Of a stretch of 64,000 nucleotides of DNA, positions 30,148 to 43,977 are shown one piece after another. Numbering within the stretch: position 1 is the stretch's first letter; every line of letters begins with the position of its first letter. This DNA is from Eledone cirrhosa (taxonomy: Eukaryota): the NCBI GenBank assembly GCA_964016885.1, contig OZ024740.1, forward strand, positions 277,264,001 through 277,328,000. The letters are read 5' to 3'. The notes under the pieces were generated by a model that saw nothing but the letters and a program-made list of their open reading frames with translations, searched no databases and was not told the DNA's origin. The position numbers and the translations under genes were made by a program.

Positions 30148-30219
30148 TATGATCGTCGGCATATCCCTGATGAGGGACTCATTTTATTACATGTTATCCA
30201 TGTGCTACCTGCAGTATTT

Positions 30220-30735
<516 letters not shown>

Positions 30736-30966
30736 ATGGTTACCACAAAACCTCATTTTTAATTCTCGCTCTCTCTCTCTCTGTATTTATATGTGTGTAT
30801 ATATATATATATATATTAATACAATATTAATACAATAACAGAGATAGTTTAAAGCTAATCTCTGACTGGTAACCATCTCACTCAACAAACATTAGGTTAT
30901 ATTTTAATATAAACCCAATTTAAGTGTTTGGGGTGCTAACAATATGTATTATGTGGAAGAGCCAGT

Positions 30967-31074
<108 letters not shown>

Positions 31075-31326
31075 AAAGAATAGTGGTGTAACACACAAGT
31101 TATTATATATTGGTAAACGGAATAGAAAATGCTGACAAATTGTTCACAGTTGAAAAATGGTTTAATTAGGAATAAAAGAGTATTAGTGATTGTATGGGTT
31201 AGTATTCAGTTGTGGTTTTAAGTTTTTAAGTTTTTACCGGTTGCGCATTTCTAAATGCTTTTCAAAAATAATTTTGAGATAGAGTGTCCGTGTTGTTTGC
31301 TCTGATCAGATCTTCTATTCCGTTTA

Positions 31327-31389
<63 letters not shown>

Positions 31390-31919
31390 GGGTGTGTATG
31401 ATTGTGTATAGAAGATTTTATTAATGAAAGGAATTCCAACTTTGTCTGATTTACTCGTTTTATTTACAATCCTTTAACATTATAATGATATTAGAATGAA
31501 ATAGCATGGTAGAATATTAAATGTTAAATGTTAAATGTGTATGTATACATGCATACCTTTAACTAGTGATTGGCAGAGGGGTGGAACTGTATCTAAATGC
31601 CTAAATACATACATCAAGAAAATCTATTGTCGTGTCATACAAATAGGATGGCTATTATTTATTTGGGCGGTGGGAAGTGTTTCGTTGTGTTTCTGGTTGC
31701 GTGATTCTGCTTTGTAAAAAGTACTTTAACATTAGCAGCTGTAACTGCCGTCATTACGGCTACCAAATAGATTGTGCTTAACGGCCAAAACATTCTATGG
31801 TGTTCTGTATTTCGCTATATAGTTCATACTATTGCCGATAAATGACATTCTTGAATGCTGATAGATAGTATTCGTCTAAAGTTGAAGCTTATTTTTCTCG
31901 TCGTTGCTTTGGTGTTGAC

Positions 31920-31920
31920 A

Positions 31921-31954
<34 letters not shown>

Positions 31955-32052
31955 TTCTTCCTCCCCCTCCTCCTCCTCCTCCTCCTCCTTCTTCTTCTTC
32001 TTCTTCTTCTTCTTCTTCTTCTTCTTCTTCTTCTTCTTCTTCTTCTTCTTCT
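31920..32052. repeat. (CTT)n/(CCT)n repeat
   Basis: Direct reading. Confidence 0.95.
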
Positions 32053-32338
32053 ACATCCTGATCGTGACTATGATGACAGCAAGCGGGCAGATTAATTGGT
32101 TAGTTCATAGTGAAATATTCAGTGGACATAACACGAAAACTACAACATACAGAATTGTTATTAGAAACATCACTTATACAAAAATGTAGCTGCATGTGAA
32201 TGGATGCAAATTATTCCACGAAAGTTCAGGTGAGTTCATGAAATGTCGGAAAAATATGATTTGTATTCGAGAAAATTTTCTATTTGTATATATTTTCATT
32301 CGTAGGAGGGAATAATTTACTGTATCCATCAGGTAAAT

Positions 32339-32407
<69 letters not shown>

Positions 32408-32413
<6 letters not shown>

Positions 32414-33057
32414 GGAAAAAATGAAACGAAATTTCATTTCCCACTCTTAGTACGGCTGTTACTTAAATATAAGTATGTACACGTACATACATATATGTAT
32501 ACAGACGTACAGTAGTATGTATATATATATACATACATGCACACACATATATATGTACGTATGGATTCACCGAACATTTATTATAATGCTCGGTGTGTTT
32601 GTAAACAAACATCCCGTATTAAGCCGTAGTGTCCAGCAACCATCGTTGCTCGTTTGTTCAACACTGACAAAGGAACGCTGTACTAGTTTCAAGCTTATTA
32701 GCTATCGTCAGCAACGTATACCTTCCTGCCAGATTGTTGAACGTATATACTTACCTTATGCATATTAACGGCTGAGTAGCCCAATTTGCATATCGAGTGG
32801 GTTAATCGGCCGGGTGCACCGAAAACGATAAACGGAAAAAATGAAACGAAATTTCATTTCCCACTCTTAGTACGGCTGTTACTTAAATATAAGTATGTAC
32901 ACGTACATACATATGTGTATACAGACGTACAGTAGTATGTATATATATATACATGCATACATATATATATATGTACGTATGGATTCACCGAACATTTATT
33001 ATAATGCTCGGTGTGTTTGTAAACAAACATCCCGTATTCAGCCGTAGTGTCCAGCAA

Positions 33058-33061
<4 letters not shown>
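32408..33061 (-). mobile_element. Partial-tandem PLE pLTR: ~230-bp direct repeats (32408-32642, 32828-33061) around a hammerhead
   Basis: Near-identical direct repeats, with (TA)n on both sides. Confidence 0.7.
32675..32717 (-). ncRNA. Canonical minimal type I hammerhead ribozyme
   Basis: Minus strand: acgttg-CTGACGA-t-AGCT-aata-AGCT-t-GAAAC-ta-GTA-cagcgt. All three stems pair. Confidence 0.8.
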
Positions 33062-33128
<67 letters not shown>

Positions 33129-33945
33129 TATATTTATTTATTTATTAAAATAACAGATTAAAGTTTAAGTAAAGGATCGCTGCTTTCACCCTTAACGGGA
33201 TCTTCTGAAACTAAAAAAATTCAATCTGTGAACGCAGAAGTAAATATTTCGAAAAACGTTGCAACCGAAGGAAGACAAGTAGACGATACTTTGGATTGTG
33301 GAAATGTTCCCTGGCAAAGAACGGAAGAAAACGAAGATAATACGTCATTATTTGGAGCGATGAAAACAAGTACACGCAAGGACAAAACCACGTTTATGGT
33401 ATAAATGAAGTCGTAGAATAATACTCTATTAGGTGGTTCGTGTAGACGTTCTCTGGCAATGAACGAAAAAAAACGAAGATAATACGACATTAAGTGGTGC
33501 GATGAGAACAATTACACGCAAAGACAAAACCACATTTATGGCATAACTGAAGTGGTAGACTAAAATTCTATTTAGGAATGATTCTCGGCTTCAGTGTTAA
33601 GAATAATGTAAATAAATTACAGAGGTAATTGAAATCAACAAAAATTAGATGTATACATGCACGCATCCATATACGTACATACACATGCATACGAGTAAAC
33701 ACCCGCCATGGGTATACAAATACAAGCACGTACACAAAAAAACACGCACGCACATACAGAACCCACGCAACGCATGTACCCGCACACATACGAACGTATA
33801 CACCAAATACACATAAAAATATATATTTTAAAAAAAATATATATATATGTGTGTGTTTGTGTGCGTGTATACATATAATTATGTAAACGTATATAAATAT
33901 ACACACATAAATACGTATATAACGCGCGCACACACATCTTAGTCT

Positions 33946-36942
33946 TAGTTCCTCCAGTCCCTTGTGGAACATTGGGCGACGAGCTTCCTCCACTTGATCC
34001 AGTCACTGGCGGCCCTTCTAGCATCTCTCCAGGTAATTCCCATCTACCGCAGGTCCTCCCTGAATGTGCTCCGCCATGTTTTTCGTGGTCTTCCCCGTTC
34101 TCTCCTGCTACCTTCTGGTACCCAATCCATGGCAATATGAGCAGGTCGATCTGCCGGAAAACGAAGAATGTGGCCCGCAAACTGCCGTCTCCTTTCCGGA
34201 CAATGACCCTTAAACTCTCCAATCCTGACCTCCTCATCACTTCCTCGTTGCTAACTTGGCCTCTCCATGAAATTTTCAATATGGTCCGAATGCAACGACG
34301 GTGGAATACATCAAGCGTGTTACATACACTTTCCGCACTCTTCCATGTCTCACAGGCATATATTGCTGTTGGTACTACAATGGACATGTAAACACGGAAT
34401 TTGACGGCGTTGCCGATGGAACACCTGGCCCATACCGGACGGAGTCGCTGGAAGACCGCCGCTGCTTTTCCCAGCCGTGTGCGCATATCCATCTCAGCAT
34501 CCCCATCGTCAGAGATGTTGCTGGAAGGGGTTTACACATTCAATGTTACGCTGACCAACTATGATGGGAGGATTTGGACGGTCACCTTTCGACATGGCCT
34601 TGTTTTTTTCACAACTGATGCGCAGGCCAACTTTCTCTGCATTGTCATTTAGAACGTTTGTCATCTCTTGCAGGTCTTCTAGGGAATGGCCTATCACTGC
34701 GATGTCATCGGCAAAGTCCAGGTCGCTTAATCTCCTTCCATCCAAACTGATGCCAAAACGAGGGTCACTCATTGTCTTCTTCATGATGAAATCGATGACA
34801 ATGAGAAAAAGGAAAGGCGAAAGGATGCAGTCTTGTCGAACACCCGTCAAGATGTCAAACATTTCCGTGTTTTCGTCCTTTGTCCTAAAGCAGCACCTGG
34901 AATGTCGGTACAGCGACCTGAAGATGTTAATATATTTCTCTGGGACACCGTAGAGTCTTACAATCTTCCACAATGACTCCCGATGAACACTCAAAAGCTT
35001 TCCTGAAGTCAATGTAGTTGACAACAATGAACCTGCAGAACTCCCGACATTGTTCAATGATATTTCGGAGAGTGAAGATCTGCTCTGAACAAGACCTTCC
35101 ACTGCGGAAGCCAGCCTGTTCGTCTCGAAGATGACGATCTACTTCTGCACTCAGCCGGTTCAGGATGACTGTGCAGAATACCTTCCCTGGCACTGATAGC
35201 AACGTGATCCCTCTCCAGTTGTTGCAGTCTCTGAGACAGCCCTTCTTCAGTAGTGGTACAATCACTCCATGTCCCCAGTCCTCCGACACCTCCTCTTCTT
35301 GCCAAATCACATTGCATAAATGGGTAGCTGCTCCTCTATTACATCCTTGCCGTGCTTCAGAAGCTCTGCAGGAATCTCATCCAGCCCTGCCGCTTTGTTA
35401 TTCTTTTGGCAGCGGATGGCCTTGGCCACCTCAGCTCTTGTGATGTCGTCTAGTCGTACATCCAGCCGGTAGCTCGCTTCCTCCCAGTCAAGCTCGAAGA
35501 ATGTGTTGGGGGATGGTTGATTGAGGACGTCACGAAAGTGTTCGTTCCACCTCTGGGTCTGCTCTTCACTGGCATCCGACCATCTTTGCTCTTGATTGGC
35601 AAACTGCTTCCACTTCGTCCCCCAGTTAGCTCTCTGACGATCCGGCACAGCGTCTTGGAATCATTTCGATCTGCTGCCACCTGTGCCTTTGCAGCCCGAT
35701 CTTCTAACCACTGGAGCTTGTCTTTTCGACAGCTCTTCTTTACTTCCTTGTCAAGACGTCTGTACTCTTTGTCCACTTCCTTCCCTTGCTGTCGAGTTTT
35801 GGTTTGATCTCTTTTGTTCTTAACATTCTTCCTCTCGTCAATGAGATTCCATGAAGTACTGCTGATCCACTGTTCCCGGTTGGTCCCCCTTCTGCTACCA
35901 ATAACTACATCAGCACTCGCCCTGACCGCCTGAGCAAACATCTGCCACTGGTCTTCACGGTTCTGTGTGTGATGTAGTTCTTGGAACTTATTCCTGATCT
36001 CTAGGTAGAATCCCTCTGACGTGCCTTGGTCTTGCAGGCTTGCGACAGCATATGGCCTCATGGTCTTATTTTCTTTGTTCTTCTTCAACCTCAAGCGGAC
36101 TTTTCCAACCACAAGATGAGGCTCAGATATACGTCTGCCCCTCGGTAGGTGCGAACATCCAAGAGAGAGGAACGCCACGTCGTGCTAATGCAGATATAAT
36201 CAATCTCATTCCTGGTGTTGCCATCAGGGGAAGTCTATGTCATCTTGTGAATCTGCCTATGGCTGAAGAATGTATTCCCGATGGAGAGGTTGCTGATACT
36301 GCTCAGGGACAGCAACCGTTCCCCGTTGTTATTGGTGGAATCAGCTGAACCGTGGGGGCCAATGGCTGAATGCATTTCTCTCCTGTCTCCATCTAGCTTG
36401 GCATTGAAGTCACCAATCACCATCCTAATGTCTAACCTGCGTGTTTCTTCTAGGACATCCTGTAGTTGGATAAAGAAGCTATCCTTATCTTCATCTGAGG
36501 CAGCTTCAGTCGGGGCGTAGACTTTCACTACGGTCACCTTGGCTAACCTTGTGCTCAATCTGGCAGTAATAATTCGTTCACTCACTGGCCTCCATCCCAC
36601 AAGAACCCGTGATACATCTCCGGTGAGGATGATACCAACTCCGTGGACATGGTGGTCATCATCACCGGAGTAGAGAATAGTCATGTCTCCGCTGTCGAGT
36701 CGTTCCCGTCCTGTCCACCTCGTCTCGCTGATGCCCATGATGTCAAGGCGATATTCTCCCATCTCTTTCAGCACCTCCTTCATCCGCCCGTTCCGAAATA
36801 GCGTGCGGACATTCCAGGTGCCTACTCTTGAGTTTGATTTGGCCTCATTTCGGCTTTGACCCGGCCCCATCATAGGTGCATCCAGGGATGACGTGTCTTC
36901 TCTTTTCCGCCGCTGGGTATCAAAATGGTTTTTTCTTGTCAT
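33946..36942 (-). pseudogene. RTE APE-RT polyprotein with several frameshifts
   Basis: Fragments 36235-36942, 35450-36178, 35307-35648, 34927-35310, 34509-35102 and the 33946-34492 region. Confidence 0.88.
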
Positions 36943-36989
36943 TTTTTTAGCGGTGAAAAGTTTTTACGGGGTAGGGCTGCTAACCCCAA

Positions 36990-37042
36990 GCCCCAACCAT
37001 CCTCCTTTCTCAACCAGGCTTGGGACCGGCTAAGGCGGAGTT
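36990..37042 (-). ncRNA. Twister ribozyme, 3' cleavage product, at the RTE 5' end
   Basis: AA-CUCC-GCC-UUA-GCCGG-UCCCAAGC-CUGG-UUGAGAAA-GGAG-GAUGG matches the type P1 twister layout: P2 CUCC/GGAG, P4 CCGG/CUGG and the conserved loop UCCCAAGC. Confidence 0.85.
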
Positions 37043-37339
37043 CACACATACCTACATGTAAATACACATATGTTCGCTAAACCAACGTCAACCAAAACAC
37101 AAAGTACACGTATACACACACCCTACATATGTACGAACCCGCATACTCACACAGACACAAAACTCACGTATACTCATAACCATATGCACATGTACCAGTA
37201 GATATAATATAATATATACGCCTATAACATATACAAACAAATATACGTACGAGAAAGTATACGTACCTTCACAAAACATGCAGGTAATATATACTTACCT
37301 ATACAAATAAGTAATGGTATAAACATAACGTATACTTAG

Positions 37340-38576
37340 CTACCACATCAAGACATAAAATATCCGCGTATAGTTCGTACTATCCGTTAGGGTATAATCT
37401 GGGGCTAGGGTATAATACAGGAAAGTTTTGTGCAATTTATGTTTACAAGCCGAAATTGTCTCAGGTTTTTTTGTTTAAGATGTGGTCTTTGACGTAGAGT
37501 ATTTCCAGGGCCTCACCGGCGCAGAGGTCACATGGTCTTTTATTTCCGTTATACAATCTAGCCCTAGCTAGGATCTCCCAGTGTAATTTATATTGGGTGT
37601 GGTTGTCTTTTAGACTCCAGATATAAGCTGAAAGTGACGTCATATTCCTTCTTAAAGGGTTAAGAAAAGAATGGGTATGCATGTAAAGAAGCTGTTTGAA
37701 TCTATTGGCGGTTAACCCTATGTAGGCCCTACGGGACGTGGGTGTTTCAACCTTACATTTGTAGACAATGTTACTAGAGAGGTATTTCCCGGATAGGGTC
37801 AGTCATCCCGATTCCTACAATTACAGTTAGTACTAGGTTCAGGGTTGCACGTGTTCCTACGGCTAGGTTATTTAGCTAAATTTGAAGCTGTGATGTTATG
37901 TGCAGGGTTAGGAGTCGTAGAGTAAAAAATGTTAATGGAATTTCTGTTAAAAATGTTACTATATTTATGTGCTGGGGGGGAAAATGCTTCATAATAAGGG
38001 AGAGAAAGATCTTAGCTAATGGTGTGGTCACCTCCATATTATATGGTGGGTTATACCATATAATGCGTCGGAATCTATTTTTCCTAGGTCTATTCTCATA
38101 CTCTGTATATGCTACCTTATCGACAAATCCACTCCGAGCAAGAGCTTCGTTGTAATATGTAGAATGGTCGGTGAAAATATGCTCGTTTGTAGTTAGACGG
38201 GAAAGCCTCAAAGAAACGTTTCTTACCAGGTTCTTGGTTATGCTGGCAGGATGGTTAGAATGCTTACTTGTGTAATTAAGCGTATCATTCGGCTTTCTAT
38301 ACGGGTAGTGCAAGCCATTCAACAAATTCAGGGTAACTTCGCGGTAATTAACAACCGAGAGATTAGCCTCAACCTGTATGGAGAGGTTGAAGCCTTTAAA
38401 GAAGGCTGTGCGTTTTTTCTGAACTTGTCGCAAGCACGTGAGCCGCACTTTATCATGGTCAAAAGACTGTCATCATGGTACAAACCACCGCCCACGTTGG
38501 GGAATTCTTCCTTGATAGAGAAAAGATGGAAAAGTCTGATAGATCAGTAACCTCCGCAGAATCGGTGGCGCCCATA
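37340..38576 (-). pseudogene. PLE RT and GIY-YIG endonuclease, frameshifted
   Basis: ORF fragments 38459-38653, 37876-38448 and 37461-37682, plus the intervening frame. Confidence 0.8.
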
Positions 38577-38673
38577 CTCACGCACATACAGAACCCACGC
38601 GACGCCTGTACCCGCACACATACGAACGTATACACCAAATATATATATAACATTTACCTGATGAATACAGTAC

Positions 38674-38711
<38 letters not shown>

Positions 38712-38773
38712 AAAAAGTATGACCCCGACGGCAGAGCTCAAGCCGTTTCGACGGCTAATATATATATTATATT

Positions 38774-38863
<90 letters not shown>

Positions 38864-38866
<3 letters not shown>

Positions 38867-39869
38867 AAATTAAATTAAGGGTGTCATATCAGAGAGACAT
38901 GCACAATATCCACTGTTGAATATGCTCCAAGATTCCAATGAATAGATCCGAGCATTTTATATCAACTAGAAATTGATTGACATATATATATATATCTAAA
39001 ATAAACATATGAAACAATCACAGGGAATAATTTTTAAACGTGTGTAAGCACACATAGCTAGGTAGGTAACTAATAAAAGTTTAACTAGAACTTTAAAAAT
39101 AGATACCTTATAAATTGATTAATCTTCCTTGTATATATTTCATTAAAGAAATATATTTCACCATCAATCGATCGGTAAACCACAGTAGCCAAATACTGGA
39201 TTTTCAACAAGGGAGAAGATTTAACTATCTGTGTTTACACAGCAAATTCAAATCTGCGAATGACTAGCAGCACGTGTAGCATTTTTTTAAAATACACGCA
39301 TCGTACCAGCTTCATCCCAGTGGCGTGAATAGGGTTATCGACAACTAGAAATAGCAGCCGAGTCCTTTCAACTGAGTTAGCTCTACAATTAAGTGGCCGT
39401 ATATATATATCCAAAATTAAATTAAGGGTGTCATGTCAGAGAGACATGCGCCATATCCACTGTAGAATATGCTCCAAGATTCCAATGAATAGATCCGAGC
39501 ATTTTATATCAACTAAAAATTGATTGACATATATATATATATAAATATATATATAAAATAAACATATTAAACAATCACAGGGAATAATTTGTAAAGTGTG
39601 TAAGCACACATAGCTAGGTAGGTAACTAATTAAAGTTTAACTAGAACTTTAAAAATAGATGCCTTATATATTAATTAATCTTCCTTGTATATATTTCATT
39701 AAAGAAATATATTTCACCATCAATCGATCGTGAAATATATACAAGGAAGATTAATCAATTTATAAGGTATCTATTTTTAACGTTCTAGTTAAACTTTAAT
39801 TAGTTAGCTACCTAGCTATGTGTGCTTACACACCTTTACAAATATTATTCCCTGTGATTGTTTCATTTG

Positions 39870-39960
<91 letters not shown>

Positions 39961-39980
39961 AATCAATTTCTAGTTGATAA
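38864..39980. mobile_element. Tandem plus inverted repeat unit, probably PLE pLTRs
   Basis: Direct repeats at 38864-39174 and 39412-39730, followed by an inverted copy at 39731-39980, all within (TA)n. Confidence 0.65.
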
Positions 39981-40130
39981 TATATATATTTAAAGGTTAA
40001 ACAAAGTTTAATGAATAAATCAAAGAATGAGTTTTACAATAGATTGGAGGCACTCAACAGTGATGGTTTTCCGGAGTTATTAATATTAATTCAAAATATT
40101 AACAAAAATAGACATTCGTGGGATCAAGTA

Positions 40131-40197
40131 TATTTTATTATACATATTTCAGAGGTACTGAGCTAACTTCAACAGTACGTCCTCATCAGATAAAATA
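40131..40197 (-). ncRNA. Type I hammerhead motif in the 3' pLTR
   Basis: tattttat-CTGATGA-ggacGTACTG...CAGTACctct-GAAA-tatgt-ATA-ataaaata. Confidence 0.7.
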
Positions 40198-41179
40198 AGA
40201 TGATGCATGGCATACACTGACATAGTAGATGGTTAAGATTCAGTCATGGTAGTGAATAAGATATGACAACACTCAATATTTATATACCTTAAGATTGAGA
40301 CATGAAAACATTTACATATAATACAGAGGGTGCGTGTGAGAAAGCTTAAGAATACATAATAGCAATTTACATAACTGTTAGAGATTCAAATAATTTAAAT
40401 TATTGAAGAAAGAAGAAAGAAAGAAGAAAGACAGAGAGAAACAGATGAGGAGAAAATATAGTTACTAGAAGTATAGAAAGCAAAAGAGAATTGATCAAGG
40501 ATAGAGAGACAAGGAGTAATAATGTTTATAGTATAAAGCATAGGGAGGGAGGTTTGTATTGTCGTGGATGAATAGGGTGTGATTAGATAATGCAAAATTT
40601 ATATGTATCTATACAAACACATGAATATACATTTAGGCATAGCTTTGTGAAAGAGTAAACTCAAATCTTTGAATTATCTAGAAGTATCCATCAATCTAAA
40701 TATTAAATATATCTGGGTGTAATTATATGAGGGTTTAATTTCGAGTCCTTAGTTAATTAGAAATATACTAACAATTAATTATATACACTATATATATCCA
40801 AACATATCCGGCTGACCGTTAAATTTCAAATCATTTATGTTAGTTTAGAACAAGGAATTAATCAAAATGTATAATATTTCAGGCTATAAAAGTTTATAAA
40901 TATCAATATTAATATTAAAGTATACTATCATATTTAATTTATAAAATCATATTTAAAGTATTTGCAAACATGAGAAGGAATACTTAATATTTTCATCCTC
41001 ACTAAGGTAATCCATATTAAATTATATTATCTTATATTATATTAAAAACAATTTTCTTTTATATTGAAATAATTCACATTATATAATTTAGAAAATAATT
41101 ACAGTTATAACTTTAAAAATTAAAAATTAACAATTAGAATGCCTTAAAGTATCTAAAGGCCTTATAATTAAACTTAAAA

Positions 41180-41314
41180 AAGGGTCCTTTACGATCTGAG
41201 TTCAAATCCCGCCGAGGTTGACTTTGCCTTTCATCCTTACGGGGTCGATAAAATAAAGTACCAGTAATGCACTGGGTAATTGCTGGCCTTGTGCCTAAAG
41301 TAGAAACAATTATT
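41180..41314 (+). mobile_element. tRNA-SINE, 5'-truncated
   Basis: B box, core and tail. Confidence 0.88.
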
Positions 41315-41894
41315 AAACTAGATATATGCATTTGTTTAAATATATATACAAAGAGCATATTGTCTAAAGTTCAAGACGATATTAGTCAGTTATACATAAC
41401 ATAATATAATATAATATAATAAATAAGTTACTGTTAATATTGTTAAAAATTAAGGTTATTATATTAGGATCATGTAATACATATATACTATAAATATACA
41501 AATCAAACTTCATGAATCATAAGAATAAGAACCAGATTCAAAGTAAAAATGTAAATTGTTTGCGATCATAAAAGTGCCAAATATCTAAGCTATATAATTT
41601 TAAAATACAAGAAAATGTTTTCAAGGATTTATATTGTAGTATAATATCATATTTAAAGTGTCTGCAAACATGAGAAAGTGAAAAGTTATGATTTTCATTG
41701 ATCCGAAGGTAATCCGAATTTAATTAAATTAAAAAATGATAATCGTTATATAATTTAGAAAATATTTAACAATTATAACACTAGAATGTCCTTAAGTATC
41801 TAAAGTACTTATAAATGTAGCTAGAAGCATGTTATTATACTAGATATACACATTTGTCCAAATCTACATATTAGTGATCCATATACATATAATA

Positions 41895-42085
41895 AATAAT
41901 TGTTTCTACTTTAGGCACAGGGCCAGCAATTTACCAGTGCATTACTGGTACTTTATTTTATCGACCCCGTAAGGATGAAAGGCAAAGCCAACCTCGGCGG
42001 GATTTGAACTCAGATCGTAAAGGGACGTAACTATGCTGGAAAGCATGGCGTCCGGCCCTCTACCGATACTGCCAATCCACCGCCC
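41895..42085 (-). mobile_element. tRNA-SINE, full length
   Basis: A box, B box, core and tail. Confidence 0.9.
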
Positions 42086-42890
42086 GGGATATATAATACA
42101 TATAATAAATAATAAATACAATCATTGTTAATAAAGTTATAATTGAAGTTTTACATCAAGTTAAGTGAAAAAAGTTTGTCGACTGGGATCGTGTGCGACG
42201 CATATACCATAAATATATATTTATAAATATAAATATAAATATATAAATCAAACATCCTGAATCGTAAAACTAACATACTGCAAAAGAATAAATACACAAA
42301 TACATAAATGCATGAATGATTTACGGTTATATTAAACAAATATACAAGAATCTCAATCAAATTAACTGTATCTACACAATCAAATGATATGCATATTCAT
42401 CAAGAGATCATGTTAACAATCTATATGTTTATATACCTATATAGAACCCATTAATCTAACATTAATCTTATCTTAAAAGAATAAAAAATAAAAAAATTAT
42501 TATAAGGTTTTATAATCTGTTATAACGTTTTACGCATTCAGTTGATAAGAGACGTCAACAAATTAGAACCTATTTATTTAGTGTTTTTTCCTGACTTTTT
42601 TTGCGAGGCTTGGAATGTAGAGGAAGCTTTATGAGGGCAATTTGAGAATAATTCACTTTTTTTGTTAATTAAATTTTCATAATTAGTAATTATTAATAGG
42701 GTCTCCATGGTACAGAGATTGCAGTTAGGTGATATTGAAGAATTCAAGTAGATTCGCCTATTACACAGTTTCGACCAAGAAATCATGGCTCAATCTTAAG
42801 GTATATAAATATAGAGTTTTGTCATATCTTATTCACTACCATGACTGAATCTTAACCATCTACTATGTCAGAGTATGTCATGCATCATCT

Positions 42891-42957
42891 TATTTTATCT
42901 GATGAGGAAGTACTGTTGAAGTTAGCTCAGTACTTCTGAAATATGTATAATAAAATA
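42891..42957 (+). ncRNA. Type I hammerhead motif in the inverted pLTR
   Basis: tattttat-CTGATGA-GGAAGTACTG-loop-CAGTACTTCT-GAAA-tatgt-ATA-ataaaata. Confidence 0.78.
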
Positions 42958-43008
42958 TACATCGTCCCACGAATGTCTATTTTTGTTAATATTTTGAATT
43001 AATATATG

Positions 43009-43086
<78 letters not shown>

Positions 43087-43878
43087 CAATATCGGAGAAA
43101 GTTAGTAGCGATACTCCAGCCAAATTCCAACTCACTCAACAAACATTAAGAAATAAGTGATTATATTCCCAATTATACGTTCGGGGTGCTAACTAAAAGT
43201 ATTGCGTGGAAAATTGGCTGTATTATTTCATATGAGACATATCTAATATACGGTACGTTATTCCGGGTTGAATCGGAGGTAACCACAGTAAGTACTCAAT
43301 ACATAGCAGAGTATAAAAGTTATAATATAGATGAGATTCTACAGGACTAGAACTGTTTCATTCTTTAGAAATCATCAGTAATCTGGGTATCAAAAAATAA
43401 ATATGGTATTTATAGGTCTCTTCAGGTGGTAGGAGAGGGTATGGAGTGGGATGGGTAGAGGTCATTGGTTGATAGAAAAGGGAATTCATTAAAAGCTAAT
43501 TCTTTAAAGCTATAATTTATATTTAGAGTAACAAAGGCAGAAAGAATTATATAAACAAGTTCAGATTGGCGTGCCACTCCTTATTTTTAAGTTTCTCTTA
43601 AGCTAACAATGCTTATATTTCAGGTGTCTATAAGATCGTTGGGGGTCAGTCATGGTTGATGGATTTAAAGAAAAGAGAAATTCTTTAAAAGCTAATTCTT
43701 TAAGGTTCTACTTAGAGTGACAAAGGCCTAGAGAATGCTATAGACCAATTCAAAATATTGAGTGCCTATCATACCATTATCGTCAAGTTTCTCTTAAGCT
43801 ATATTCCAGGTGTCAACAGACACATTCACAAACACACACGCCCCCCCCCCCCACACACACACATACATATATATATAC

Positions 43879-43974
<96 letters not shown>

Positions 43975-43977
<3 letters not shown>

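Larger units (their letters stand above)
33938..37042 (-). mobile_element. Full-length RTE-clade LINE with a 7-bp TSD and (ACTAAG) tail
   Basis: Single APE-RT ORF: RVGTWNVRTL, ISETRW, VYAPT, GDFNAK, NWRGITLLS, IDFRKAF, GVRQ.C, LDFADD. TSD cacacat at 33931-33937 and 37043-37049. Confidence 0.93.
33145..38660 (-). mobile_element. Penelope-like element (Naiad-type), 5'-truncated and interrupted by an RTE
   Basis: RT motifs MGATDSAEVTDL, GLYHDDSL and SNHP, linker IIWYNPPY, CNC..xPL.G, NIVYKC..AYIGLT, and CDLC..LNKK..C.H. A copy of the 3' region (33749-33815) is repeated at 38580-38645. Confidence 0.8.
39985..43002 (-). mobile_element. 5'-truncated Naiad-type PLE with a long AT-rich 3' region and an inverted 5' pLTR
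   Basis: C-terminus CNLCTMETLLI...LINKKSELFSNCPH (42574-42786, minus). About 215-bp inverted repeats at 40085-40299 and 42789-43002, each with a hammerhead. Two SINEs are inserted inside. Confidence 0.78.

Noticed and set aside
29473-30200. CTGATGA hits at ~29473 and ~30167
   Set aside because: No correctly placed GAAA or closing stems downstream.
43335-43385. Minus-strand hammerhead-like core CTGATGA-tttctaaagaat-GAAAC
   Set aside because: Stem I does not pair convincingly, so it is not called, although it may be a decayed copy.
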